DNA from: Acidimicrobiaceae bacterium | GTDB lineage: Bacteria > Actinomycetota > Acidimicrobiia > Acidimicrobiales > RAAP-2 | DNA length: 64,000 nucleotides | Direction of reading: 5' to 3' | NCBI GenBank assembly: GCA_003133685.1 | Contig: PKYQ01000023.1 | Span: 20,075 to 84,074, forward strand | Part shown: positions 10,033 to 19,631 of the stretch, in pieces | Numbering within the stretch: position 1 is the stretch's first letter | How the letters are laid out: every line of letters begins with the position of its first letter | Notes under the pieces: model-generated | What the model was told of the DNA's origin: nothing | What the model saw: the letters and a program-made list of their open reading frames with translations, nothing else | The model's database searches: none | Translations under genes and position numbers: made by a program

Positions 10033-10929
10033 TCACAACGCCACGCGAAGGGGGGCGTAGCGATAGACAACAGAGAGATCAAGGTCTCCTGCTCCGTCAT
10101 CGATCGCGCGTCGCCACGTAGAAATCAGACTCGCCGTGAGCGACAGTTCCACGTTGGCGTCGTGCGCCGCGTCGAGCGCAAGTAACGCATCTTTGAACGC
10201 ATGCTTCAACGCGAAGTTCGAATCAAAATCGCCGTCGAGCATGCTGCGCGCTTTGGTGACTGCGTACGGTGAGCCCGTTGGCGCGTCCGAGAGAATCTCG
10301 ACGATGACGCGCGGGTCCAAGCCCACAGCCTGCGAAAACTTGAGCGTCTCGACGACCATTTGCACGAGGTCGACGAGCCAGTTGTTGAGGACCAGTTTGG
10401 CCCGACTGCCGGCGCCCGAAGGGCCCAACCAGAACGTGTGGTGACCCATCACCTCGAAGACGATGTCAGCGACGGGTCGAGCCCCGAGTGGTCCACTCGC
10501 CAGTATGAGCAACTGGCCAGTTGTCGCTGGCTGCACACTTCCCGATACGGGCGCGTCGACAAACAAGGCCCCCACCTCGGTGGCCGACTTTTCTAGACGC
10601 TCCGTCCATTCGATGCCAATCGTTCCCATCTGCAGCCAGACGGCGCCGTTCTTCATGGTCGCGAACGCGCCTTCCGCACCATTCATAACGTTTTCAACCG
10701 TCGCGCCGTCGGGCAACATCGTGATGACGACGTCGGCGCTTGCGGCCGCAATCGCCGGAGAAGAGGCTTCGAACCCGCCCAGTTCGACCAGTCCCTTCAG
10801 GCGTTCCTTTGATCGATTCCACACTCGCACGTTGAGCCCCGAGGAGATCAAACGCGATGCCATGGGGGTTCCCATTTGGCCAGTACCAAGAAACGCGATG
10901 GTGATGTCGTTGGCTTTCCTAGTGCTCAT
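10033..10929 (-). CDS. NAD(P)-dependent oxidoreductase, 3-hydroxyisobutyrate dehydrogenase family
   Basis: IAFLGTGQMG, VWNRS, FVDAPVSGS, KLVLN. ATG 10929 has a GGAGG RBS. Confidence 0.9.
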   Translation of the reverse strand: MSTRKANDITIAFLGTGQMGTPMASRLISSGLNVRVWNRSKERLKGLVELGGFEASSPAIAAASADVVITMLPDGATVENVMNGAEGAFATMKNGAVWLQMGTIGIEWTERLEKSATEVGALFVDAPVSGSVQPATTGQLLILASGPLGARPVADIVFEVMGHHTFWLGPSGAGSRAKLVLNNWLVDLVQMVVETLKFSQAVGLDPRVIVEILSDAPTGSPYAVTKARSMLDGDFDSNFALKHAFKDALLALDAAHDANVELSLTASLISTWRRAIDDGAGDLDLSVVYRYAPLRVAL

Positions 10930-12481
10930 TGCTGTCCTCCTTGACGCACTTGCCAATTTGGCTCGCTGGCGTGGCGCTCGCGAGCACCCGACGAGACGTG
11001 CGGTGCGCGCGTTGGCTCGCATGGACCGCCTCTATCGATTGCGTCTTCGCCATCGAATCACTGCCTTCCAGAACGTCTGCTCGTCGCGTGCTGCCATCAT
11101 TATTGCTGGCGGGGTTTAGGGAGTGGGTTGACAGATCAACTCTACGTACAGATTGCTTTTGATTGGACGCCGGGCCACTACTCCTTCGCACGACCGATCG
11201 TACTGACACCGTCGTCGCGAACGCGACAACGAGAACGAAGATGAGCATCAGGGTTCGGGCGGACGCGTGGCCCGAAGCAAAGCCGAGTGCGACCGCCGGA
11301 ACCGCCAGCCCGACGTAGACGCTCAAGAAGAATCCGGCGAGGACCTCGGCGCGCAACCCCTCGGGCGCGTCGTCGCTGACGATTGACAGGGCCCCACGGA
11401 AAATAAGACCCGTGCCGATTCCGGTCACCACCGTGCCGATCACGAAGACGACCAGATTGGCGGTCCACATTCCCGTGACGAGCAATGTCAGCCCGACGAG
11501 CAAGGTCGGCGATCCAGCCTTCAACAACGTGACTGGCTTCAGTGGACTCAGCGCCATCTGTGCGAGAGCGCCCGAACCAAAGACCGCGAAGGCGACGAAT
11601 CCGGCAACCGCGTGCGAGGTGATTCCCATCGTGTCGGCGAGGAATCGAGGAACGAGGGAGCTGAAGACTCCGTAGACGGCGAAGGCCGCGAGCCCTGCGC
11701 AACACGCCGCGATGAACTGGCGTCGGGCGTTGACCGGTACGACGACGCGCTGCGGGTGCCAGCGAGTTCGCTCGACGGTCCGGTCAACGGTCTCTGGTGT
11801 CGCGAGGACCAACGCCGCAAGTGCGGCGAGGACGAGACCGACAACGACGTACGGCAACACCAAGGGCGCCGGGGCGTACTGCGCGAGCACGCCCGCTATC
11901 AGAGGACCGAATCCGATGCCGCCGAGGTTGACGGCGATCGCCATGATTTGCGCTCGACGGCGATCGGCGTTCGGGTGGGCGCGAAGGTGCAGTTCGGCGA
12001 GGTACGCGGTGGCGGTCGCCGTGGTCAGACCGATCGAGAAGCCCGAGATCACGCGAGCGACCAGTAGTCCGGTGAGGCTCGGCGCGACCACGAAGAGGAG
12101 TGCGCTCGCGACGTTGATGAAGAGCCCCGTCGCCAGAATCCGACGACGCCCGAGCCAGTCCGAGACGTGGCCCACGAGAAACAGGCTCACGATGACGCCT
12201 CCGGCGTAGACCGCGAACACGATCGTAACCATGAGCGACGAAAAGTGGTCGCGCTGTTGGTACAAGGCGTAGAGGGGAGTGGGGATGGTCGATGTCGCCA
12301 TCGTCATGAACAGCGCCAGCGCCACGATCCAGTAGCCGGCCCGAGCTTCCAATCGCTCGCGCCAGGGAGTACGTCGTGCTCGGTGCTCCCGCCAGGGTGC
12401 GTCCGGCCAGTCACCGGTGATCGCACGCCAGGAGTCCGTATACGGCGGAATCCGGAAGATATTCTCGTATCCAATGCTCAT
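10919..12481 (-). CDS. MFS transporter
   Basis: IPTPLYALYQ, GHVSDWLGRRR, about 12 TM segments. ATG 12481 has a GGAGGTG RBS. Long hydrophilic C-tail. Confidence 0.85.
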   Translation of the reverse strand: MSIGYENIFRIPPYTDSWRAITGDWPDAPWREHRARRTPWRERLEARAGYWIVALALFMTMATSTIPTPLYALYQQRDHFSSLMVTIVFAVYAGGVIVSLFLVGHVSDWLGRRRILATGLFINVASALLFVVAPSLTGLLVARVISGFSIGLTTATATAYLAELHLRAHPNADRRRAQIMAIAVNLGGIGFGPLIAGVLAQYAPAPLVLPYVVVGLVLAALAALVLATPETVDRTVERTRWHPQRVVVPVNARRQFIAACCAGLAAFAVYGVFSSLVPRFLADTMGITSHAVAGFVAFAVFGSGALAQMALSPLKPVTLLKAGSPTLLVGLTLLVTGMWTANLVVFVIGTVVTGIGTGLIFRGALSIVSDDAPEGLRAEVLAGFFLSVYVGLAVPAVALGFASGHASARTLMLIFVLVVAFATTVSVRSVVRRSSGPASNQKQSVRRVDLSTHSLNPASNNDGSTRRADVLEGSDSMAKTQSIEAVHASQRAHRTSRRVLASATPASQIGKCVKEDSNEH

Positions 12482-12510
12482 GTTGACACCTCCACTCAGT
12501 TCAGGGAATA

Positions 12511-12534
12511 ACAATACGCTACGTCTCGTATTGT
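12511..12534. promoter_or_regulatory. Putative TetR operator between the divergent MFS and tetR genes
   Basis: ACAATACG-N8-CGTATTGT, perfect 8-bp arms. Confidence 0.65.
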
Positions 12535-12552
12535 ATATGGTACGGTGTGGGC

Positions 12553-13170
12553 ATGTCAAGTGAAGTTTCTTCAGCGGGGGCGACGCGAGGTCGTCCGCGA
12601 AGCGATCAGGTCGATCAGGCGATATTACGAGCGGCGTCGGCCCTGCTCTCGGAGCGGGGCCTTGACGCCATGACGATCGAAGACGTTGCCGCACGTGCGG
12701 GCGTTGGAAAATCCTCGATCTACCGGCGTTGGCCCACGAAGGGAACCCTCGCCCTCGACGCCTTCCTCGATGCCTTTCTTGCCCAACAACCACGGGTCGA
12801 CAACGGCGCCCTCGAAGATGATCTGCGCGAAGCGTTGACGCTGTGGTCGGCGGCCGTCGTGGGCACTGCGACGGGGCGCGCGCTCGTGGGGCTCATCGCA
12901 GAGTCCCAGCTCGACGAGGACTTGGCGCGAGGTTGGATCGCGCGCGTGATGACGCCGGTGCGCGCGCAACACCGCACGATGGTGGACCGGGCGATGCAAC
13001 GCGGCGAGATTCCCGCGGACTCGGACGTCGACGTGATTATGGATCTGCTGTACGGGGCGGTGTACCACCGACTATTGCAAGGACACTTGGCGATCACGTC
13101 AGAATTCATCGGACTCGTTGCGCGAATGGTTGCCGAGGGTGCTAAGTCGGGTGCCGCGGTGGTGCGCTAA
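12553..13170 (+). CDS. TetR/AcrR family regulator
   Basis: RGRPRS...TIEDVAARAGVGKSSIYRRWPTK. Confidence 0.93.
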   Translation: MSSEVSSAGATRGRPRSDQVDQAILRAASALLSERGLDAMTIEDVAARAGVGKSSIYRRWPTKGTLALDAFLDAFLAQQPRVDNGALEDDLREALTLWSAAVVGTATGRALVGLIAESQLDEDLARGWIARVMTPVRAQHRTMVDRAMQRGEIPADSDVDVIMDLLYGAVYHRLLQGHLAITSEFIGLVARMVAEGAKSGAAVVR

Positions 13171-13214
13171 TCAGCGAGCACCACGCTCCCCAATCCATCT
13201 GATTGGTCGCCGTG

Positions 13215-13246
13215 ACACTCCGTTCTGCACTTCGGAGTGTGGTTTT
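13215..13246 (+). terminator. Hairpin followed by a short T-run after tetR
   Basis: ACACTCCG-N10-CGGAGTGT then GGTTTT. Confidence 0.5.
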
Positions 13247-13482
13247 GTGGAGGATGGCTAGAAGTAGCCGGTGCGCTTCTCTGCGGATCTGACGGAATAA
13301 TCACACAACTTCGCCTGTCGAGATCTTCCCTGTCCTGTCGACACCGTCAGCGTCACAGCCCCACGATCGAAATCGGTCCTCGGTGACCTTCGAATTCAAT
13401 TGGGAGAAGCTGCCGAGTCAGCGGGGATGTCGCGGAGTGTGCTTTCGTCGCAGTATCGATGGATCGGATGCAGCCCCGAGCT

Positions 13483-13815
13483 CTATAAATCGAGCAAGGA
13501 CCTAAGTGTCCTGATTTCAGAAGCGAGAGCTTTCTCGCCCGCCCGTGTGATCTTCACCCATGTGCGTGCTCGTTGGCCTTCGTGACCCTTGCGAATTGTC
13601 ACGAGCCCATGATGTTTCAGAATCTCAATATGTTGGCCAAGGTTTCCGTCAGTTAGTTTGAGTCTCGCTTTCAAATATGAGAAATCTGCCTCTTGAGTTT
13701 CGCGTAAAATAACCAGCAGGCCGAGGCGCGTTCGCTGATGGACGACGTCGTTCAACTCCGTAATGTGGAAATCTGCATCGTCCTTAGGCTGACTTGTTTC
13801 TTCTCCCTTAAGCAT
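13483..13815 (-). CDS. Winged-helix DNA-binding protein (HTH_34/MarR-like)
   Basis: VVHQRTRLGLL...DFSYLKARLKLTDGNLGQHIEIL...RTWVKIT..G. Confidence 0.85.
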   Translation of the reverse strand: MLKGEETSQPKDDADFHITELNDVVHQRTRLGLLVILRETQEADFSYLKARLKLTDGNLGQHIEILKHHGLVTIRKGHEGQRARTWVKITRAGEKALASEIRTLRSLLDL

Positions 13816-14413
13816 CGACTACCCCGACTTCGCGCTTGTGAGCAATGAGACCTGCCGCCACCATGAGCAGTCCCCACATCACGTCGACAATTGCAGTTGC
13901 GCCGCTGAAGTACCCGCCGGCAGACTTGAAAAAGCCGAAGTAGTTGGCGAGACGATACAACTGATTGTCAAACGTGAAGATACTCACGAGAAAGCCGATT
14001 ACGCCGAAGAACGTCGCACATATCGCAAGATAGGTATTGCGTTGACGTACCGCGATGAGCAGTAGCGCGAAGCCAATCGTCGGCAGTGCGATGATCCATA
14101 GAGGAATCACAATCACGAACGAAATGAGGAGGACAACACCCGTCGTCATATAAGAACCGCGTCCAGCACCTACGCCGGTCCTTATTCGGTGATTTTTGTA
14201 CCATGCTGTACACAGAAGGAATCCCGCCGGGCCAGCGATTAACCAGTAGACGAGTCTCCACACCGAGAGGTCGCTCAGCTCAAAGGCGGCGCTCAAGATT
14301 GCTAGTGCGCCGAAGATGAAGAGCGGCACCGATGAAGGTCGGCGATCAGCCCAGGCCAATCTTCTCAATCGACCAACCTCATCCAACACTTCTCCCGAAT
14401 CAGAAATCCCCAT
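13808..14413 (-). CDS. Hypothetical multi-pass membrane protein coupled to the wHTH gene
   Basis: Five to six TM segments; overlaps the start of the downstream regulator. Confidence 0.75.
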   Translation of the reverse strand: MGISDSGEVLDEVGRLRRLAWADRRPSSVPLFIFGALAILSAAFELSDLSVWRLVYWLIAGPAGFLLCTAWYKNHRIRTGVGAGRGSYMTTGVVLLISFVIVIPLWIIALPTIGFALLLIAVRQRNTYLAICATFFGVIGFLVSIFTFDNQLYRLANYFGFFKSAGGYFSGATAIVDVMWGLLMVAAGLIAHKREVGVVDA

Positions 14414-14451
14414 GTCGTCCTCCGTGTCGGCAAGCCTCTACATCGCAGAGT

Positions 14452-14468
14452 ACTCTGTACTACAGAGT
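14452..14468. promoter_or_regulatory. Putative autoregulatory operator
   Basis: ACTCTGTA-C-TACAGAGT, perfect inverted repeat about 40 nt upstream of the 14413 start. Confidence 0.6.
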
Positions 14469-14646
14469 TAATCAATTTGTGGTCGATAATTGGTGTTTGA
14501 AAGTCATGCGACTTTGTGCAAACTCGATGGCGTCACTTTGGGAATGCGACTATTGAAGAGGGGTGCGAGTCGGAGTCCGACCCTGCAGGCATGCCACCTC
14601 GTATCGGAGACCAGTCTCTGTGAAGTGTGAGTCGATGAAGGGCACC

Positions 14647-15108
14647 TCAGTTGAGAGTTCGCGCAAAATTCAAACTCTCTTCGATGATCGACAGTACGAT
14701 TTCAAGTTCTTCTTCGTCTCTGGGACCGTAAACCATGATCTCAGTCCCGAAGTCGCCAAACGGATGGACTTCGCCCCAGCCCAACTCGCAAACCTCGTTC
14801 GCGCGTTCCACGGGCAAGCAGAGATGGCTGCTCGTGTCACTCACACCATGAATATGGACCGGCTCGAGTGGTTCCTTGGACGACAGCGAGGTCTCTGGCG
14901 CGCTCACTGACCTCCGACTCGTCAAGAGAAGAGCTCGAGAAGGTGCTGGCGAGACGGAGCTATGTCCTTCGGCAACTCCTTTGAGCTGCGTCGCCCTGGC
15001 AATCAACTCACCCCATAAGGCCGGTGAAGAGCACTGGCTCATTTGTCGGTGAGGGCCTTCGTTGGACGTTTCGGGTTTCTCTCCAGCACGAGGATGATGA
15101 AGCTTCAC
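14647..15108 (-). CDS. Luciferase-like/DUF5519-like protein
   Basis: RP.T...GPHRQ, EP.HIHG..D.S.HLCLP, GWGEVHP, VYGPRDEEELE.V. A close paralog lies at 41663-41980. Confidence 0.7.
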   Translation of the reverse strand: MKLHHPRAGEKPETSNEGPHRQMSQCSSPALWGELIARATQLKGVAEGHSSVSPAPSRALLLTSRRSVSAPETSLSSKEPLEPVHIHGVSDTSSHLCLPVERANEVCELGWGEVHPFGDFGTEIMVYGPRDEEELEIVLSIIEESLNFARTLN

Positions 15109-15149
15109 AGAAGCAAACTACTCAACGCCGCAGAATCAAATTTCACTGA

Positions 15150-15174
15150 TGTCGCGGGCCGACGTGCCCATTCT
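15150..15174 (+). repeat. Junction motif copy a (degenerate)
   Basis: TGTCGCGGGCCGACGTGCCCATTCT. The left flank is homologous to the flank of copy c. Confidence 0.6.
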
Positions 15175-15208
15175 CCGACTTACGATTCGCGCCGGTCTTG
15201 AGCTGAGG

Positions 15209-16180
15209 TCATCGACTCGCGCTCATGCCCCTATCATTCACGGCCACACAATTGCTCCCTGAGGAGCATGAAATTGCCACTCCCGCCACGTACCCTCCGG
15301 GGAACACCGTAAAAGGACTTGACCATCGTCCGGATATCCACGTTGTCACCGCACCGCTTAGTCCAATCACGGAACACTCTGCTGCGGTCGCGCAGGAGAC
15401 CGAGTACGCACCAGCACTCTTGAAAGCGGGGATGAGTTTGGGCAGTGACCAGCTCCCACTATGGAACGTCATTGAGTCTCCAGTGGTGGTCACGGCCATG
15501 CAAAATCGTGAAGCAGTGCACGAGACTGAGATCAGAAATTTCGGCGCAGAACCGTGGCTCGGCGTCCATCTCGTACCGTTGAACGACAGCATCTGACTAT
15601 CGAAGTTCGTGGCCATGCAGAATTGAGGCGTCGAACACGAAACGCTCAACAATCGATCATCGAAGGATCCCGTGGAGGTGGTTTTGTACTTCGTCCAGGA
15701 ATGACCGTTGAAAGTCATCAAGGCGCTTGGCTTTCCTGCAATACCATTGGCGCCGACCGCAGCACAGAAAGTTGGCCTCGGGCACGAAACCTCGTAAATA
15801 TCTCCCGCGGGGCCAATATGAGCGCCGGACGACCAGACGTGACCGTTGTACGTCGCTGCCTTGTCCGCGGCAACCGCAACGCAGAATGTCTTGCTCGAAC
15901 ATGACACGGAATCTATTGACCCTCCCAATGCAAGTGACTGGGGCGCCGTCCACACTCCGCTTCGGTAATACAACGCCTGTCCATCTCCATTCACCGATAC
16001 GCAGAATGTTGATGAAGGGCATGAGACCGAGTAATCCACCTGAGTCGCGGAAGAACCCTTCGAACCAATTAGAACCGGTGGAGACCACTTTTCCAATGAA
16101 GTTGAGGCTGACGCTCCGTTTGTGAACATCGACAGCATTGTCGAAATCATGATGACACTTGCGATTCCAAACCGAGCCAC
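15209..16180 (-). CDS. Secreted Cys-rich repeat protein, predicted 7-blade beta-propeller
   Basis: Signal peptide after GTG 16180 (GGAGA RBS); seven repeats of (S/E/A)(V/I)SC-x4-C. Confidence 0.8.
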   Translation of the reverse strand: MARFGIASVIMISTMLSMFTNGASASTSLEKWSPPVLIGSKGSSATQVDYSVSCPSSTFCVSVNGDGQALYYRSGVWTAPQSLALGGSIDSVSCSSKTFCVAVAADKAATYNGHVWSSGAHIGPAGDIYEVSCPRPTFCAAVGANGIAGKPSALMTFNGHSWTKYKTTSTGSFDDRLLSVSCSTPQFCMATNFDSQMLSFNGTRWTPSHGSAPKFLISVSCTASRFCMAVTTTGDSMTFHSGSWSLPKLIPAFKSAGAYSVSCATAAECSVIGLSGAVTTWISGRWSSPFTVFPGGYVAGVAISCSSGSNCVAVNDRGMSASR

Positions 16181-16262
16181 AGATTCTCCGCGTCGAATGG
16201 AGATCCACCTTCCGCGGAAATGCACCAAGACACTTCCGATCCGGTCCGCGTCGCCATTCACG

Positions 16263-17228
16263 TCAGGGACTCGCGATGTCAAAGTGACGCTTGAGCTCGT
16301 TAGCGTAGGTGCGCCCAAGAGCGGGTGCGTGATCGATCAGCCAGTCTGAGAGCGCCGTCGATCCCGTCGCCGGGCCCTCGGTGTCAGCAAGTCCATCGGC
16401 CATGGCCCGGTACTCGTCACGAGTCAAGAGCACGTCGCCGAGGGCGGCTCCGACGGCTCGAGAGAGGATGGGTAGGACCGCTCCGGGCACGTGGACCAAC
16501 AGCGAGCGGCTCTCGACGGCGTCCTTGATTGAGTTGACCAGCTCCACGAATGTCGGCCGTTCTGGTCCCACCGCGTCGCTTACGCTGTCGAAGCGCTGGG
16601 CCCCCTTTTCGAGGCAGAGTTGCGCGAGATCGTCGACGTGGATCCCTCGGATCCGGTAGTCGCCCCGTCCGCCGATGGCGAAGACGGGAAAATGGCGGAG
16701 CAGCCAGGCGATGTTGTTGAGCAGCACTCCGTCGCTGCCAAAGAGGATGGCGGGGCGCAACACCGCGTACGAGACACCGGTCTCGGCGAGGGCCCGCTCG
16801 ACGAGGGCCTTACCCCGAAAGTACGGCAGCGCGGAGTCCACACTCGGGTGCGTAATGCTGACGTGGACAATGCGCTCAACCCCGGCGCGCCGGGCCGCCT
16901 GGAAGAGCGCTCGAGAGTTCTCCACGGCCAGTTCGTGGTCGATCCGCTGGCGAGCGAAGCGCACCCAGTAGGTGTTGTAGAGCGTGGTGACGCCTTCGAG
17001 TGACGCGACCAAGCCAATCTGGTCATCGAAGTCGAGTGGACGAACTTCGATGCGAGACGCGCTCGTCGCCCGATTGGGGTGCCCGGTCAGCGTGCGGACG
17101 TGACGACCCGCGTCGGTGAGCGCCGTGGCGATGGCTCGACCCGAATAACTGAAGGCTCCGGTCACCGCATCCAGGCCGGTATCGGTCACGCGAGCTGATT
17201 GAAGTCCAGTTGCGGAATCTTTGGTCAT
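16263..17228 (-). CDS. NAD(P)-binding epimerase/dehydratase-like protein
   Basis: AVTGAFSYSG, VHVSIT, YFRGKA..E, LRPAILFG. Confidence 0.88.
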   Translation of the reverse strand: MTKDSATGLQSARVTDTGLDAVTGAFSYSGRAIATALTDAGRHVRTLTGHPNRATSASRIEVRPLDFDDQIGLVASLEGVTTLYNTYWVRFARQRIDHELAVENSRALFQAARRAGVERIVHVSITHPSVDSALPYFRGKALVERALAETGVSYAVLRPAILFGSDGVLLNNIAWLLRHFPVFAIGGRGDYRIRGIHVDDLAQLCLEKGAQRFDSVSDAVGPERPTFVELVNSIKDAVESRSLLVHVPGAVLPILSRAVGAALGDVLLTRDEYRAMADGLADTEGPATGSTALSDWLIDHAPALGRTYANELKRHFDIASP

Positions 17229-17878
17229 GACGTCTCCTTTGGTGGCGCGAATGCGTTGAAGGCTCCGAGCATTGTGACAAGTTGCTGGGCGCGACCGAAG
17301 ATGGTGAGCGCGCGCTCGCGATCGCCATCGAGGTGGGTGAGCATTTCGAGCCCGAGGAAGAGCGCCACGATGGTGTACGCAACGTCGCCTGCCGGTAGCA
17401 ACGAGGCGAATGGTGAGTCGCCGAAGGTCTTGTCAATCGCGTCCTGCGTGAAGGTGAACCACGGACCGATGCGCGTGGCGACTTCAGCACCGAGGCCCGG
17501 AGTAGAAGAAGCACCGGCAATCATTTCCACCAGGACCGTGACGTGCCCCGTGTCGAGGTCTTCTCGGAAAATCTGTGCAGCTACGTCCATGAGTTCATTG
17601 GGCGACGTCACGTTTTTCACGGCTGCGCTGAACCTGACCATCCGGTCATCACTGACCGCATCGAGGGCCGCCAAAAGGAGACTGGTCACCGATCCGAAAT
17701 GGTAGAAGACGAGTCCCTGGTTCAGCCCGGCTCGCTCGGCGATCGCGCGAGCGCTGGCGCCTGAGAAGCCGTTCTCTTTCAGTGTCTCGATGGCGGCCTC
17801 GATGAGGGCACGGCGGGTGTTCGCTGATCGCTCGGTGCTGCCCGATTGGACCTTGCTGGGGGAACCTGACTTGGCCAT
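17225..17878 (-). CDS. TetR family regulator
   Basis: GFSGASARAIAERAGLNQGLVFYHFGS. Confidence 0.92.
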   Translation of the reverse strand: MAKSGSPSKVQSGSTERSANTRRALIEAAIETLKENGFSGASARAIAERAGLNQGLVFYHFGSVTSLLLAALDAVSDDRMVRFSAAVKNVTSPNELMDVAAQIFREDLDTGHVTVLVEMIAGASSTPGLGAEVATRIGPWFTFTQDAIDKTFGDSPFASLLPAGDVAYTIVALFLGLEMLTHLDGDRERALTIFGRAQQLVTMLGAFNAFAPPKETS

Positions 17879-17896
17879 TTCGATCTTCCTTCTATA

Positions 17897-17912
17897 TTGA
17901 GCATTTGCTCAA
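17897..17912. promoter_or_regulatory. Putative TetR operator
   Basis: TTGAGCA-TT-TGCTCAA, perfect inverted repeat 19 nt upstream of the start. Confidence 0.65.
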
Positions 17913-18110
17913 AGCATACACTCAATTTAGTGAAAGTCAAGTGGGCGTGAGTGGACACTCGTCGAGAACCGGCAAACTCCGCCGCCGTTGCGGACATCGC
18001 TTGCGTTTCAACTCGGTCTGTTCGTGGACGCCAGTCGGTCCCGGTCGACTCTTAACCAATTTCGATGCGAGGGCCGCTAGGACGTCGGGGCCGTCGGCGC
18101 CCGCCCGTCT

Positions 18111-19631
18111 CTAAAGGTCGTTGCCCGCGTAGGAGAGATTGAAGCTCTTGTTCACCAGCGGAAAGTCAGGAACGATCGTGTCGGACAACGCGAGGGGCAA
18201 GGCGGGCCACGCGAAGAACGAGGGATCCACGATCTTGACCCGGCGCAGCGCCCCGTCGGGGCCGAAGTCGACACGGTGCACGATCGCCCCCCGCCATCCT
18301 TCGGCGATGCCCGTGCCGTGACCCTCTCGAAGCTCAACCGCATCCCCCTGGACGTCGAGCGGTCCCTCGCGCGCCACCAGGTCGGTGAGCAGGCGAAGCG
18401 ACGCGTCGACCTCGTCACAGCGAACCTCGAATCGGGCGAGTACGTCCCCGTCTTGGCGCGAAACGGAGCGAAAGCTGGCGGGCATCTCGATGAACGAGTG
18501 CGCGACACGGGCGTCATCGTCGAGACCGGAGGCGCGCGCGACGACTCCGAGCACGCCCAGGTCACGGGCCTGGTCGATCGACAGCACTCCCGTGCCGGTG
18601 AAGCGGTCCATCACGATGCTGTTGGAACGTGCCAAATCAATCAACTCGTGGAACTGTGCCCCGATGTCCTCGAGCTCCTCTTTGGTTGGCAGAGAACGCA
18701 GCGTGGCGCCGCCGTAGTGCACCCCACTTCGCAATAAGCGATGGCCCGTCACCGACTCGTTGAGCGTCAAGAGGCGTTCGCGCAGCGTGAGGGCGCGCGC
18801 GTTGGCGAAGCCGAAGCCGACGTCGTTGCACAACGCGCCGACGTCGGCGACGTGGTTGTACACGCGTTCGAGTTCGAGTAGCACCGCGCGTAGTTCGCGG
18901 GCGCGCTGGGCGACTTCGATGTCGAGGGCCTCTTCGACAGCCTGAGCGAAGGCAAGGCCGTGGCCGACGGCACTGTCGCCGGAGATCTTCTCGGCGAGAT
19001 TCAGGGCGAAGGTCAAATCCTGGCCCTCGAAGAGCCGCTCGATGCCCTTGTGAACGAACCAGAGACGGGCCTTCATGCGCACGATGGTCTCGCCCAATAC
19101 CCAGAAACGGAAGTGCCCGGGCTCGATGACGCCCGCGTGCACCGGGCCGACCGGTATTTCGTACAATCCTTCGCCCTCGACCTGGGCAAAGGGGAAGGAG
19201 TCGGCCTCGGGGTTCATCGGGGGTTGGGGTCCCGCGTCGTGGCGCATCGGGTGCCATCCGAGGGGCCAGTGCTGGTGCAGCACGAGGCGGCGAAGTTGGG
19301 GATGACCAATCGGTTCGACGCCAAAGAGGTCGTGCATCTCGCGCTCGAATCGACTGGCGGCGTAACTCAGGTGGGCAATCGAAGGAAGTCGGGGCTGGCG
19401 GGTATCGAGCAGCACCCGAAGTTCGATTCGTTGGTCGGGCGGACCGTCGACGAACAAGTAGACGACTTCGATGACCGCGCCGTCGTGGCGCGCACACACG
19501 AGCGCGAGCCGAAATCCGGCCTCGAGTAGCAGAGCGGCAACCTGTGTGAGTTCGTTGCCATCGCAGTCGAGCACCGCGCGAGGCGTCCGCTCGCTGAGGA
19601 GCCGTTGCACGTTGAACGCGTGCGCCGTCAT
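18111..19631 (-). CDS. hycE: Ehr complex large subunit (HycE/HyfG-like, NuoC+D) lacking Ni-binding cysteines
   Basis: ERE.HDLFG, GPVHAGVIEPGHFRF, HKGIERLFE, GWRGAIVH, VDPSF. EKISGDS and NKSFNLSY replace both CxxC motifs. Confidence 0.9.
   Translation of the reverse strand: MTAHAFNVQRLLSERTPRAVLDCDGNELTQVAALLLEAGFRLALVCARHDGAVIEVVYLFVDGPPDQRIELRVLLDTRQPRLPSIAHLSYAASRFEREMHDLFGVEPIGHPQLRRLVLHQHWPLGWHPMRHDAGPQPPMNPEADSFPFAQVEGEGLYEIPVGPVHAGVIEPGHFRFWVLGETIVRMKARLWFVHKGIERLFEGQDLTFALNLAEKISGDSAVGHGLAFAQAVEEALDIEVAQRARELRAVLLELERVYNHVADVGALCNDVGFGFANARALTLRERLLTLNESVTGHRLLRSGVHYGGATLRSLPTKEELEDIGAQFHELIDLARSNSIVMDRFTGTGVLSIDQARDLGVLGVVARASGLDDDARVAHSFIEMPASFRSVSRQDGDVLARFEVRCDEVDASLRLLTDLVAREGPLDVQGDAVELREGHGTGIAEGWRGAIVHRVDFGPDGALRRVKIVDPSFFAWPALPLALSDTIVPDFPLVNKSFNLSYAGNDL

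Noticed and set aside
14603-14615. 13-bp match ATCGGAGACCAGT shared with about 55416 upstream of int
   Set aside because: Only two copies with no extended similarity; may be chance.
18111-19631. Functional [NiFe] group 4 hydrogenase or formate hydrogenlyase
   Set aside because: Both Ni-binding CxxC motifs are absent, and there are no maturation genes in the window.
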